From positions 1,116,001 to 1,180,000 of the forward strand of contig JAQFVV010000005.1 in assembly GCA_028023455.1 (NCBI GenBank): 64,000 nt of DNA, written 5' to 3'. A program made the position numbers and the translations under genes. The notes below the pieces were generated by a model. It saw nothing but the letters and a program-made list of their open reading frames with translations. It had not been told where the DNA came from and made no database searches. Every line of letters starts with the position of its first letter. The stretch's first letter is position 1. This DNA comes from Epiperipatus broadwayi. Taxonomy: Eukaryota > Animalia > Onychophora. Of this stretch, positions 26,421 to 42,009 are shown piece after piece.

Positions 26421-29400
26421 AATTTATGATGTAACTTTAATATCCAACACTAAGTGCATTTCTTTTTAGGAGATTGTGTATTATTTGGTTTTGTTAATCT
26501 CTGAACTTAATCTGCTACCTTTGAGAGAAGAGCTTTACATGCATACATAATAACCTATTAATCGGGACCAGTTTTAAGTGCAGGACAGCTCATATATCAA
26601 ATGGTATGCTATTCCAATATTTGTTTTATAATAACAGCATCAACGCTAATCTCACCAACCTGATTATCATGTGATATTTATTCTCCAGCTAAGAATGGTT
26701 AAATAATTTCTGATCAGTATTGAATGGTTAGTTTGATTGTCTATGGTATAGCTATCTGAAATAGGGGAAAATAGGTAAGCTTGTTTGGAAATTAATTTTA
26801 GAAAAATCTTTTCAAGATTACCTGATTTTGAACCTCCATTTATAGGCAGCGCAAGCAAATGCACAAAATTTATTCCTTAGACAATGAGAACTTAGGCCTT
26901 TGGGTAATAAAAATATATGGTTATTTAATTCCTATTCATTTAAACTATTCGATATTATGCAGACTCAAGTCAATTTTTTTGAGTAAGAAATAAGCTTATA
27001 TATGTGCTTGCATCATTTAACCATCAAATAATAAGCAATAATTCTATCTAATTATTTTTAGCTAAAGGATAAAACTCTTGTGAAACCTGATGATTTGCCT
27101 TCTTGGTTACTGATTTTCTGAAGGGGTGTTGGGGGGGGGGCTTTATTCAATAATGGGCTTTTTAAAAGATATCTTTTACTATATATGCCTATATGTGTTA
27201 AAATAAAGGTTCCCAAAATGCATTTATATTTATAGTTTTCATAACCACTGCCTGCCCAGGAGTGAATTTTTTAAAATACAATTCATAGTCTAACATTTTT
27301 TTCATTGGAGTAGTAGTGACATTAATTAAGATTTAAGATTTAGCACATGCACGCACGCCTTTGAAGCTACTTTTAATTGATTACATTAATTGATAAGGGG
27401 TATTCAAACATCTGGAATCTGTATTGTATTGAAAATCTTTTGTACCGTACTAGGAAAACTTATTCTGCACTAGTACTGTGTAACATACTCATACGTTATG
27501 TTGGACATTTTACATTTAAATTCAGAAATCCGTGCATATATATACCCACACTCTCACATGTGCCCTCATCATTATTAGCAAAAAGTGTCTTTAAAGTAAT
27601 CATTGTTAAAATGGGTCTACCCATTCATTTGCTTTATAAGACTAATCTAATGATGTGCCCTAATAATATTAGACTCCCATATCACATTTAGTAAGCTGAA
27701 GACTATACAAAATGTTAGGTTCGTGTCATATTTTAGGAATCTTGCATTCTTGAATGGAAATTTTCTAGTGTGTTTTTATATTATAAAGATAGGATCCATA
27801 TCTCACTTCTGTACAATAAAGTCCATAGAATATGGTTTTATATAAAAACAGTTTAAATTAGAGAATTTATATCATTACCTAAAATGGCTACATTTGCTTA
27901 ACATTAAATTGTGTCTCAAATGGAAGAACCATTCAGGATAAAAGTTGCTGAAGATTTTTTTTTCATTGTCCATTATCAAACCTAAGTTCATAGAAATAGC
28001 ATTAAAATGTTTTGTAAATCATTCTTTGAATTGGCACAATCATCAAAACACTAATTCTATAAACTGATAAAGATAAATTTTTCCCTTTTTGCTTTTAATT
28101 AGTTTGCAATAAAAACTTCAAATCTATATTGCATCATGATGTCTTCTTCACAGAATTGCAATTAAACGATTTCAAAGACCATCATGGATCTATTTCAAAT
28201 TCTTTGGATTTTTTTTTAGCTGTAAAACTCCTGATATGAATCCACTTCACAGTGAATAACCAGCAGTTACAAACCATTTTAAATCTAAAGCATCAAATGC
28301 TTATCCAAATTGATTAAAGGATTATATAAATCATATCTTGCCACCTATTTTGTCTGCATTATTCTCCAAAGTCATATTTGGAAGTCACTGGCAGAGTGAT
28401 AAATTTAGAGCTTAAATCCCAGATTTGATTGTCTCTGATCAAATCTGTTTCTAGAACATAACAATGTCACATTACCTAAACATTTATACTAATGTCAGCA
28501 GGTCTCTGATTTCTCTGACTAATGATTAAAATTGCATTGTATTACAATAATAATAAAAAAATTCTGCATATCTTTAAAAAGGAATGGTTTGTAAATTTAT
28601 GTCATCCTATCAAATTATTGATCAGTAAATAAGGCATTAAGTTATTATTTGCTGGAGGGTAAAGATTCCAGATTAAGTTGGTCAAATGAGTATTGATTCT
28701 TATCATAAAACAAAACTACTGTTTTAACATGATAAGCCTTCACCACTCCTTACAGTTGTCCTAATCACGAATCTAGGTCCCATGGATTACGTTTTATCTT
28801 TGTTTCCTCAGATTCTCCTGAACAATTGACATTATTTTGGCATCTTATCTTCAACTAATTCGTATATCAACCAAATCAAATGGCTAAGTAGGCAAGCAAT
28901 TCTCCAGTATTTGTTGATTTTGGAAAGCAGGTACATAATACAGTATATGATTTATTGCAAAAAAAGTGATCTCTCTTTTTTTTTTTTAATTTTGTAAAAG
29001 CCGGTTTTTCAAAAGTTTGCTTGGGTGAGAAATTTAATTTTCAAAATTATTCATTTTTTTTGTAAAAAATTAATTTAAAAAAAGTAATTTTTTTTTCTCT
29101 TTTGTGAATCTTTTTCCATTATTGACATTAAGATGGTAATCATTTAATTGAAGATTTGTTATTTTTGGTAATAATATCCAGCTGCCAGGGAAATTACTTT
29201 TTTTTTTTTTTTTTTTCCAAATCTGAATGTACATATCAGTTAACAAGTTTAGGTATGATGTTTGCTTTCAAATTGTTAACTAAAAATGGTTTAATGAAAT
29301 TATATATGTATGTATAAATCTGTTTAAAATATGCGCACATACTGTATTTGAATCTTTGGTTGAAATGTTATTTCTATTAACTAACTCAAACTTGACAAAA

Positions 29401-29894
29401 GTCTATCTGCAGTATTTATTTTCATTCATTCAATAGCAGAGTTATGATATAGGACTTCGCGTTTTTCAGCATTCTGGTTTTCTCTTTGATGGGATCAGTT
29501 TTTTCATCATCGTCATCATTGCTTTTTTTAATATTTATTATTAATCAAACAATTAATAATATTTAATTAGAAGAAATGTTTGTTAGACTGAACATGTTAT
29601 CAGACCTTATTTATATTAAAAAGATGATCTCTAAGACATCCTGAAGAAATGCATTATTGATTGCTTTCATTGGGAAGATATGGCTGAGAATTATAATGGA
29701 GAGTGCAATAAAGGCAGGACAGTGATAAAAGTAAAATTCTATGCAGATAAATTTAAGAGGTAGCATACAAGATATCAAACTAGATGATTAATTAAAAGAC
29801 CAGAACATGATGTATATGAATATACATTATTGATTAATATAGGCCCATAGACATGTTTTACCTATTCGTATTTATGAATATGAGATTTGGATAC

Positions 29895-30275
29895 TTGACA
29901 GAAGAGCAATACAGTGACTTCAGATCAAGGAATGAAGTATGGATAGATTTATGTGGGAGAAACAAAAAGGGATCCAAAGCAAACTATTTGAATGAGGAAA
30001 CAAATAGATATCATTAATATCATTGAAAGAATTAAGAGACTGAAATGGAACTGAGCTGAGTATATTGTATGAAGAGTTAATAATAGGTGAATAAGTGAAG
30101 TCTTAAACTGAATCTAGAGTATTGCAAGACTTAGAAGATGATCACATGTAAGATGTGTATGTTGGTATGATATGGATAGGGAAATTGCATCAGAGAAACA
30201 AATTAAACTTGGAATGATCTTTATCCTATTATGTGTTTGTTGATATTGGTTGAAAGTGTTGATGATGAAGATGAC
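29895..30275 (+). mobile_element. Degenerate RTE 3' fragment
   Basis: gacagaagagcaatacagtgacttcagatc ... gagactgaaatggaactg ... gatgatgaagatga tail. Confidence 0.75.
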
Positions 30276-30933
30276 TTGTGTTTCAGTGTTGAAATTTTTA
30301 TTTTTTTATCTTTCTGTATTTATCTTTTTCTTCTTCTTCTGGAATTAAGATAGATGTATTCCTTATAATGATGGTGGGAAAGAAGTAACAATATATTACA
30401 TGGATATTATTTTAATTTTGACTAAATATAAATTTATTTTTAAATTACACTAAACATTATTGTGTAGTGCTCTGTATATTCTTAGACTACAAGCAAAGGG
30501 TATGTACACATACATATTTTAGAGTATTTTTGTATACATGATTGCTGATATATGCATAGTTTTTATTTTGTATTTGTGTATTGCAACTCATAAATATATA
30601 TCGCAAAGAAATCAAGCCATATCACATGACCTTATTTGCGAGCTCTATATATAACATATATATTAATTTTGTATAAACTAAATAAATTGTAAACGGCAAA
30701 CATAGATCTATTTAGAAATAATTCTTGTGTACAGTGTTTAACTAGAAATTAAATATTATTTAGAAATTAAATCAGTCAATAATTCCAGCTGAGTAATTTA
30801 ATTACTATTTGGAATCTTGTCTGCACCAATAGAATCTTCGAAAATATTAATAATTCTCATTGGTCACTCCGGATAAACATCCATAGACATTTTAGTTACC
30901 CCACATTAATATAAATACTGAGGTTAATTAATT

Positions 30934-31062
30934 ACAGTTCTTTAGTTTTTTTCCATTCTTGGTGGCAGTGTGGTAAATCATTAATTAACATCAAGAACAC
31001 AGTTCTTTAGTCTTTTTCCATTCTTGATGGCAGTGTGGTAAATCATTAATTAACATCAAGAA
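30934..31062. repeat. 65-bp tandem duplication
   Basis: acagttctttagtYtttttccattcttgRtggcagtgtggtaaatcattaattaacatcaagaa at 30934 and 30999, with 2 differences. Confidence 0.95.
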
Positions 31063-34000
31063 TGTGTTCCTGAGGAGAATTCACCTCCTGATGTACCAAA
31101 GTGAATATGTAGGGAACTCTACAACCTAGTCTAAATTATTATTTGAAAAGCCTTTGAGAAAAATTGCTAGAGTTAGAATTATCTATTTTAAACATATTTG
31201 TTGAGCCTATGAATTTTGTTCTACAGAGGTATTCTAATTTAAGCAATTGTTTTCTTATTTATTGAGATGGTATACAGTCTGCTATTAGTTTATTAATAAT
31301 AAATTGTTTATGTCAAAACAATTGTATTCCTGATATTTTTTATACTCTTATAATTTATGTAAAATAAATTGTGATCTTATATATACATTTATCCATTAAG
31401 ACATATAATTTCTTGTATATATGTGTTAATAAAATAGAAAAATCATATAACATTACAATACTAACCAAAAAAGAAAAATTATTATAATTCTCCCACGAAT
31501 TATGGCTTCATCTATTAACAAGTAGACCTTTTCAAGTGAAATTCAACAAGATACATACAACATATGTATATAAAACATTATAGCCTTCCCATCATTCATT
31601 TCAAAAAACCAAGTTCTTTTAACATCAAAGGATATCGTCATTAGATTGATGACCTCAGATTCAAGAAAATTTATAATCATTTTACTTTTCTTTTTAATTC
31701 ATTTCTTTCATAAAGGATTACCTGTGTTGTCCAATAATATTTTATGATCTGTATTCACTTCATGAATATAGTTATGATATCTATTTTTAATTCTAATCTT
31801 ATAAACTTTATTTCTTTAATTAAGATTTAATTTACTCTGACCTATATAAATTTTGTGACAACTGCAAGTAATCTTTAAACTACACCAGTAATAGATTTGT
31901 TATCAATAGACTGATTTAAATTCATTATTAAATATTTCAAAACATTCAATTGATAGCACATTTATTCCTGGTGTTATTTATAAGGTTTCTTGCACTTGTC
32001 ATAAAATTTATATAAGTCAAAGTAGAGTAAGTCTTAATGTAAGAGTTAAAATTAATAAGAGTGGAGTTAAAAATAGATATCTTAATTCAGGGTTTGTATA
32101 TTCATGAAATGAATTAAAAAGAATAACAGCAACTGATGATAAATTTTCTTGAATCTGAGGCTATCAATCTCATGAAGACATCTTTTGTTGTTAAAGAAAG
32201 TGGTTTTTTGAAGTGAATGATGAGATGGCTATTTTGTTTTGTATATATATATAAGATCTTTGCTAATAGATTAAGTCCCCCCCCCCCCCCCCCCCCTTTT
32301 TAACCCCCCCAATTTTCCTTTTTGTTTTTTGGCCAAAAATTTTGCCCAGCGGAGGGTCATAGTCATGGAAGAATTTTAGTAAATTTTTTTTTGGCTAGTA
32401 CTATAATGTTCTATGATTTTCTAATTTATTTATCATTACTAGTTTTTCAGTAGTCAGTATTTAATATGATAATAAATATTGTAACAAATTATATCAAGAA
32501 GAACCAAATCATTTGTCTTTTTTTTATTATTCTAATAGATAGTAATTTAACTTATTGTCTACCTATTGTGCGGTTGACATTATTTGAAATTCATCTCAGT
32601 CATTAAAGAAAATACATCATGTAGTAAATAAAGAATCATATCTGACTAAAATGAATGGGAATATAATTTTTCTCTTTTTCCTATTTTTAAACCATGAAAA
32701 TAAATCAAATGGATAGAAAGGAAAATGATGCTTTAAAAGGAACAAAGAAAATGAAGGAAAAATGGAAAACAAACTTTAAGAATTAAATTTCTTAAATAAA
32801 CTTTTCCGTGACAATATGAATTAATTAACACATTTGCTTTCCATGAGCATAATTTCAGATTAGAAACATTTTCAGAAGCTGGGGATTTCTATACAATGGC
32901 CAGATTTTTTTTTTAGATAGCTGTCCCTTTGTCATTAGCTATTTGTTCCAATTATTGACTTGGTAAATGGGTATCTAGTTATTTTTTAGCTAAAGATAAA
33001 ATAATACATGAAAATCACAAAACCTTCACTAATCAGCAATTGGTTGCATGAATAATGTTTTTTTTATTATTTCTCAACAGAGAAATGCAAGAGATGAGGT
33101 AACATTAAAGGGGCATAAATTGCACAGTAATATGAATTTTTAATCATTTATATAATATAGTTATATATATTTTTGTAATTACTAATATTTAGCATTTTTT
33201 ATGTGAGTTAATTCTGCTCCAACTATATTTTAAACATAATTTTTTTTGCGCTAGCCTTTTTGCTATTCTTTAGTTTGAAATTTGGCTACTTAGTATAGTA
33301 AATTCTTCACTAATCTTTGTAAAATATAGAAACTTAGATAAAATAATTGTAGATGAGATAATTATTAAGTAGGCAGAGAAATAATTATTATTGAAAAAAT
33401 TAAGAATATAAATAATGTTGTAACATTTTTGTTAAAAATTAGGAAAAGGTATCAACAAGATAAAAATGTGGGCAAAGTGCTCTCGTGTGTGACACTCTCT
33501 TCATTACTAGTGGAAGATTTTATCATATTACATGTGTGTCAGTATATCCACAGCTCTCTGATCAGCTAAGGAACTTTATTTTATTTATCAGTGACTAAGA
33601 ATGGCTTGTTATCCTTGTAACATTTTAAATGGTTAGATCGGTTAGTGGCCAAAAAAATTCTCAACTCTCTTGAAAGAAATCCTTATATATCAAAAAAAAA
33701 CAGCTTTATTCTAGATCTGGACCTAGTTCATGGCATAAGAGTCAAAAGTATTAGCCCACTACCTCTTAAGTTTTACCAAATGTTTATTGTTCGATAACCA
33801 TGTTCTATTTAGAAATTTCTATACTCATATCAGCTAGAGATAACATGCATAATGAATAATTTAAATGATTGGACATATTAGAATACCAAGAACTACTAGA
33901 AGTAAAAATGAAATGAGTTTTTTAATATAATGATTATGTAAGGGACTCATTAAAATTTATGATGTATTTTGAGTATGGGAATAAAAGATAAAAGTAAACT

Positions 34001-34100
34001 ATGTGATCTACATACATGGACTTATGACCTTTTTTTCACTAATAATGAAGGCTGTATTGTATTATAATCTTTTTTTTTCCGCAATTAAATTAATGTAAAC

Positions 34101-34279
34101 GCTAGGAATGCTTAGATTAGAAAAGCTTTTTTAAGTTTCAATATTTGTTACAATATTATGCAAAGCAGCTTTAGATATCTTGGACTGATATCAGTCCAAA
34201 ATATTAAAAGCTGCTTAGCATAACCCAATATTATAAAAAACAACAAAACTTAAGCTTTTCTCGTCTAAGCCTTCCTAGC
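34101..34279. mobile_element. Palindromic MITE-like element
   Basis: gctaggaatgcttagattagaaaagctt / aagcttttctcgtctaagccttcctagc, with arms extending imperfectly to ~75 bp. Confidence 0.7.
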
Positions 34280-37200
34280 CCTTATATTAATTGAATTACA
34301 AGTTTTGTAAGAAAAGTTAGCAACATATATAATTACAATCTTTTTTTTGTTTGTTTAATAGTCAATGCTTGTGGCCTTTATTCTCCATCTAAGAAAATTC
34401 AATTCCAGTCAGATAAATAGTTGAATTGTGTTAAGAAAGTCACAGACAATGGCAGAACTATTATCAATAATGATCAAGAGCATAGCTTGGGATGTGCACT
34501 CTATTGGTCAATTACATCAATCTGCTTTCGGACAGATAATATGCATAGAATATGACATGATTAAAATGTCTTTACACTTACTAAAAGAAATTAAAGAATT
34601 AGACCAAAAATTTTCTCAGAATTGGATGTTCAACCAGACTTGGTCCCTAATAAACCTAAAACAAAGTGTAGTACCAATGATGAAAAGAATATAAAGTTGT
34701 AAATCCACAGATACTGAGAAAATTTGAATGAACCATTTACCTAAAACATTCTAGATAAACTTTATATGGAAGAGATCCAAGAAGTAGAAAATGCCATTAT
34801 AAAGTTATTCACCCAATTGATGAATAATAGGAAAGGGCTTTCATTTGATTAAGGGATCAGTTTTAATCAATGACCCAATAAATATATTAAGACTGCTTTA
34901 ATAATGCTTAATGGTAACCGATTTGTTTACTGTAAAGAATCTATGATATATTTTGTGTAATTTTCAGTCTTACGTATTCTATGAAAACCTGCTTTTAAGT
35001 AATTTTTATCAATATAATCCCTATATTGGATTGGCTAACCTCATGATCTACAAGTAAAGTGTATGGTTTTTATATATGGTTCATAATGATTAATCTCTCG
35101 ATATTTAAAATGTTAAATTGATACACACAGAAATATTGGAAATGCTCTTCACTTGATAAGATAAAGCTTTATAGACTAAATATCCAAATATGGTTTTAAT
35201 CATTGTCCACATGTTCATAAATTAAACAAACTTATATGTGTTTGAATTGACTAACACCATCACATATGTGATATACATGATCAGATTAATGTAAATGGGC
35301 CACTACTATGATTTCTGGAATGGGAAGTTATATGTCTTCAATTTCTGGTGATAACTAATGTCTTAATGTAATTGATATGAAATTAATTGTTTTTTGTTTA
35401 TATATACAAGCGTAACCTCTGATTTTGTTGACTGGTCACCTTTGAGATTGATATGTAAATGTCCTTCTTTTTGTAAATGATTCTTATGGTTTGTGAATAA
35501 AATTTCCTTTGAAAGATAAGAGATTTGGTGATATTCACTTTTAGGCATCGAGTGATGATGATTGATAGCTTGCGATTGATTTTTTGCCATCATTGATGTG
35601 TATATAATGATAATGCGCATTTGCTGCATGTGATATGTTTGTTTTCCTCTTTTTGTTTTTAATCTAATGCTTTTTCTTTTGCAAGTTTTCCATCAGGTCT
35701 GTTTATTAATCAGTATTCTTAATGAAAATTTAAAAGTATACGCAAATATTTGCAAGTCATTAAAGTCATGTTTAAGAAGACTGCCAGCATATCATTTATC
35801 ATCCAGTTGCAGAGAACTTTGTGGAAAAAGTTTCTTGCTGAAATTTAATTGCAGAGAAGGAGAAAAAATACTTTTAGTACGTGTTTTTTTTTTTTTAAAG
35901 GAAGGGGGCTAGAGTCGGAAAAAGTAAACAAGCAGAAGGGTATAGTATATGCGAAGAGGATCTTAACATTTCATAACCTAATGATATTATTAATTTGAGA
36001 GTTTGCTCATCAAATTACAAGGTGGAAATATCGTCGTAAAAAAACAAGATAAAGGCGGGGCTTTTGTCATCCGAGAGATATTTGTTATTATTTCTTTTAC
36101 TTTGGAAAAAGAGAAAAAGTTCTTTTCTAAGAAAATACATTATTTTTAAACCCTCTTCGAACTAATTGGCTTAGTATTGGGGGTTTGATCTCACTTTTAA
36201 AACATTTCTTTCTCATTGGGGGAAAAAAAATCAAGCTCTTTTGTAAGAAAGTACATTATTTTTAAATCCCCTATTCTGATCGTTCGTTGACAGGAACTAG
36301 GTTCGATCTCAATTTTAAAAGATTACTTAATGAATTTAAAGCGTTTATTGGCAGAGCAAAACACGTAAACAGCACCCCTCCCCCCTAGAAAAAGGATGGC
36401 GAAGTCGTGCCTTCTCATATTAGTCAAATGCTAATTCATGTGGTTTTACGACTCTTAATTTATCATTTGGTTAAATATAGTTAGAAATCCATTTACCTTT
36501 GAATAATTAGATGGCTCGTTGGTTTAGCACCAGACTGCCTGCAAAATTCTAAACTTGATTGGAAATTTAAAGCTATTTAAAAAAGTGTCTAAATTCGAAT
36601 TCATGGCTAGATTGAGCCAGATTAATGTTCAAAAAATACACTATGAAGCTTTTAAAACGCATTTTATATATTTTTTAGTTAATTTATAATTTAAGTATTT
36701 GAAATGTTCAGTTATTTATGACATAAAATGTGCTGCATTTATTTGCATTGTTCCATGAGCCGGAATTCAAATTTGGAAAGGAACCAGCAATTTTTGAGAA
36801 ACTTTTCAAATGGTCAGTCTAGCAAGACATTGATTATTGCTCAGTAATGGTTTCGACAATTTTTAAATTGGAATATACAACTATATATCAAATATAATGC
36901 CATTATATATATATATTTTTAAAGATCAAAGGTATTGGATAGGGACCAATGGAACATTAGCAGGGAACTTTTTCTACTTTTGTGACCAATGTTGATGAGG
37001 AAATGAAAATAAATGACAAGAGGAAACTTACTCTGATATTTAGGGGTTGCTTTTAAAAAAAATAAAAGTAAATCTTGGATCCAACATCTGTAGGGTTACG
37101 ACACCTTTCTCATGAATAGTGAGAACTGTTACTTCAAATTTTTATTTTACAGTCCATGCATTATTACTCATCTAATAAACCCAGATTTACCCAAGGCCTT

Positions 37201-38186
37201 TGCACTTCAGCCAAGAATACTGACCAATACTTGGATTTCTAGCTTGGGATATAGACAAAGTATTGCTAGAATTGCTTAGAAATTTTCATCTGTCTATAAA
37301 AAAAAAGATATCTTTTGCAGCCATATCATTCTGCCTTCAGTAATTCTTTTCATACTTGCTTATGAAAAACATATGATTTAAAAGCTATTTTTTTAAAATC
37401 TAATTTATAAATGTTTACAGTTTTTAACCAGCAATCTATTTGAATTATTTAAAAAACCACAAATGCTCTCAAATCACTTTATTAGATTAGAAATTATTAC
37501 ATTTTCATTACTTCAGATAAATTTTTTTAAAAGATTGATTGCCATAAACAGGGGTTATTTCCATATCTTTTTTTTTATCAATATTTATGGATACGTCTTA
37601 TATATTTGGATCTGCTATGCTAAATTACTCAATGTTTCTCAATATTCATACAGCGCTACCACACTTTTATTTATACAAGTTATTAAATAAAACATAATTT
37701 GCAAACATTTTTTGAACGATGATTTGAAATATGTGGTAATAATCTCTGCTATTAAGTGCAATTGTGAAATAGCCACCTCAGAATGAAATATTCTAGAATC
37801 AATTTTCAGACTAATTATATGCTCAGTCAACCATTATATGGAATTGTTAATTGCTATTTGAATAGCATGTGATCTCTTGAAAAATTAATCAAATTATTAA
37901 TTTTTTTTAAAAAAAGCACATTAAAAAATGTGGCATTTGTAAATTAAGTTTATTTGAACATGTAACAGCAGAAGACTTCTGGTTGAGAGTCTTCTGGTTG
38001 AAAAGCATGTTAGAAAACATTTATAATTCCAATGACTATAGTTACGTGCTTAAAGTAAATATAATAAGTAATTTTTTAGAAATATAAATGTATAGCAAAT
38101 ATTGTGAGTTATCCACAAGAATGGGCAGTCAATGTAATGCCAAATTGATCCCAAACTAGTTTCTACTTATTGGTTATCTTCTCAAG

Positions 38187-38238
38187 AGAACCATTTCCAT
38201 TGATTACTCACCCATATAAAGATGGATCAGAAATAGTT
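38187..38238 (+). other. Candidate small coding exon of an unidentified gene (EPFPLITHPYKDGSEIV)
   Basis: Pyrimidine-rich acceptor ...ttatcttctcaag, an open frame and a GTAAGT donor at 38239; protein not recognised. Confidence 0.25.
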
Positions 38239-41200
38239 GTAAGTCAATTATTGCTGTCCAATGCAGATATGATGCAATGGATGCACACCTACTAATTATG
38301 CTTATAGCCTGGGTTCAAATCAGGACTATGTAAAATTGAAATTGTTTTTAATAGCCTGGGAATCCCCCCCCCCCCACACATAATTGATCACTAGCCAATC
38401 TATTTAACCATCCAGTAATGGTTTGAAACAAAGATGGAAAAATGTTCAAGATCTTATCAACTAGCAATTAAAAAACCTAATGAATAATGTCTTTTTCATC
38501 ATTGTTTCTCTTTAGGGAACTGTTAGAATGGGTTGTTATTCTTCAAGAGGCTATTCAAAGACTTGTTTTGCTTTTAGTCAGCAACTAGAAAAATATGTCT
38601 TTATATTTCTAATTGCCAATGCTGGTTAGTTGTTTAGACAGTTGTGTAATTTTTGAATAGCAGAAGTGGCAAGTTGATGATTTGAGCCAGGAACTTTTTA
38701 CTCTTTTGAGACCCATACTCTCTTTCTACCATTACACAAATCAATGTAAATCGAAAGTTTTTGAAACAAAGAAAGAGTGGAAGTTTTATGGCTGTTTTTA
38801 TCTTTATTTAATTTAATATTAATTTTCCTTTAGTTATATATGTAATTCATTGGCATATTTATATACTTTACAAAGCAAGTTTTTTTTCTCTTGCATTTTC
38901 AGTGATGAGCACCATAATCATTATTTAATTATAATTAATAATTGTTTTGTGTGCGTGTTTGTATTTAGTAGTATATATGCGCTATATATTTCACACAAAT
39001 AAAATCATCAGTTAAACAAATAAATGAATTACAATAAATAAGTGAACGACCATTGAGTTTATTCAGTTAAGTACTTTTGAACGAATATCTTCATTATCAA
39101 AGCTGTGCGCAATATATATATATATTGTAACTTTATATTTTAGTATAAAATATAAAGATCGATATAACTGGTATAAAAATTTCTCTGTCTTCTTTTTGGT
39201 GATTTGATTGCCTTGGTTTGCGTTTTTGAACAGATTATTTTCTTGCATTCAAGATAATTTATTAGTGAGAATAAGTAATATTTTGCCTTACTTATTGTCT
39301 ATTATTTTAATGTATTTAAATTGCTTCTTTCCATCCACTGATTTGTATCAAAATGTTTAACTTTTTAAAAATTGACAACACATTAAATTTAGTAAAATGT
39401 GATTGAAAATAATAATAATTTTTATTTGTTTAAAATAGTCTTAGAAATTATTTTCATTGAAATTAAAAAAACCATTTGTTTAAGTAATTTTTAATTATTA
39501 GATAAAAATATAGTAATTACATATGAGTTTCAATGTAAAAAAAAAAAGAGCGCGCGATTAAAGAGATCGTCTGCGATAAGGTTGCTGTTAGAGAAAAAGA
39601 AAATGGTGTAAAAATAAAATGTATGTAAAATATGATAAGCTTATTTTTTAAAAATAGTTAATAAGTAAACGGATTTACCAAAAAGTTTTCTACAAATGTA
39701 AACATAATATGGTGATATTTAATAATAGAATGAAGTACTAAATTTAAAAATCTGTTTGGTTCAGCTAACCAAGTGGATCAAATCGCTAATAATTTTCCAA
39801 TACTTTAAAATATGTCGGAGCTTTCAAATTTAAGAGCAGATTTAATTGCAGAATCTCGGTATGTTTGGACTATTTTATTATTCTACAATTTGGCAAAACT
39901 AAATAGATGTTTTAATTACAGAAGTTTTTTAAATATGAAAACTTTCTTTTTTAAAAAAGAAGAGGTTTAAAATCAAAGTTAAATGTTAAAGTTATTAACA
40001 TGGTTTAATATTTCCGTTTATAATTTAAAATAATATAGCATTGATTAATTTATTTAACTTTATACTGCCAGTAATGTATTTGCTAGTTAATTTGTTTACC
40101 GTTTGAATAATGGAAACAGTCTTCAAATAATTAACTAAAACTACTTTCTAATTTTATCGTTAATTTGGAATTATTAAATTATTTGCTCTAATTAGTATCC
40201 CTAAATTTAAACGTGGATAAATAAATATTAGCCTGGATGTTATAAACTTGGAACAGTTTTATATAGAAATGTAGAATTTAATAACTTATGAAGAACATTT
40301 TCATTTAAACTTTGCCTGTCATGTTTTTGGAATTGTTTTATATTTATGGAGCCACTTAAAATCATTAAACTAAAAGTGCTTATAATATCTAAGACAAATA
40401 GATAGAATTACATTTATGGAATTCAACTATAATTATAATTATTACTTTGTGCATTTATTGTTCAAGACATTTTTTCATGGATTTCACGGATCATATTTAT
40501 TATTATAAAATGCTGTACAATTTAATTTATGTCACACGTACACCTGCTAGAATTCATGTATTTAAGTAAGAATGAATTAATTTAATTTTATTGTTATATG
40601 AACTTGTATGTGAAGTTCATGAGTTATATTTTATTAGGTTTAAATTAAATTAATGGGATTGAATAAAATACTTATTCAAGGGAATAGCGCTTGCGAAAAA
40701 GCTTGAAAATTACTAATGAATTTATGATATGTGTCAACCTCTCATGAAGTGTCTTGTGAGTCTTTCCAGAGTTCTATTCCTATACTAATGTCACTTATAT
40801 TACATTGTTGCTATGTTTTATTTTAAGCAAGATAATTTAATATATTAGTTATCCTGATTAGTGAAACACTTTTTATTATGCAAGAACCCGCATCTGCTAA
40901 AATGTTAGTGTTTTCTGAATGGTCAGAATAACTGAGGAGGATGATTTTTGCACTTTAAATGTGAAGTAAATAGTAATATTGCTTTACAATGTTAAAAGGC
41001 ATTAATCTGTGCTGGTGGTTAATCCGCAGATTAATTAATTGCCACTTTCTGTATTTTACACTTATTCCTGCGCTGGTGGTTAATCCGCGGAATTGTGTAA
41101 TTATATTTCTTGCTTTATGATGGTGTATAAATCCACAAGGCAGTCAGTATTATATAATTCCTATGTGTAGATGAATGCATCCACAGGAATATGATTTTAC

Positions 41201-42009
41201 TTCATAAATATTTATTTATTTTATTTGTTTATTTATGTATTTAGTTATTACATTAAACATCAATTATTTATTAGTCGAAAAAATTGTAAATAAATATTGA
41301 TTTATAATTAAGCTTACTGTGCTGTTGCTATTTGTCATTCATAAAATCAGAAATCATATATCTTGAATAGAGCATACATTGAAGTACATACTATTGTCAG
41401 CATGATATAAGAGTTTAGTAATATTTTGAGAAAAACATTTGAATGCTTTTTGTCCTTGGTAGTTTATGATGTGTAAGGTACAATAAAATCCCATTTACCT
41501 TTTCCATCATTTAAGCTTTGCGTAATTGATTCGAGTACATGATACAAAATTGATTGATTTTATAAACTTATAAACAGATTTACCAGATAATGACATGATT
41601 AAATGTATTTACTTAATGTTTTAATTGTCATTCATCAGTATAACAAGAGTCTCATTGATATTTATTAAATTATAGAAAAGAACCCAAGTATTCCATGTTT
41701 ATTTATTATTGCAAAGCTCTTACCTAGACTAGCATTTGTATTAAAAATCATATATGTACTTTTAAAATTCATAATCTTTAGTGGTTCCACAAATTATACC
41801 ATCTTGTTCATGGTCGGCCATAAGGTCTCATGCGATGAAAAATCGCAAATTAAGGTTTGAAGGATAATAAAATTGCATACCTATAGTTTGTTTAATGTAT
41901 TTTCACATACTATGATAGGTCTTCGCGGTACACCCTGGCTGCGACCAGATTAGATCATAATTTTATGTTATCTCATTAGTTTTGTTTGTGGTAATTTGCT
42001 CCAGATTTC

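Noticed and set aside
28000-28900. Possible DNA-transposase remnant (DDCANSKN on the minus strand)
   Set aside because: A single degenerate motif; no TIRs or frame could be established.
34380-35630. Short ORFs, with a faint resemblance to a Polinton DNA polymerase B segment (IINNDQEHSLGCALYWSI)
   Set aside because: Similarity too weak to assert without a profile search.
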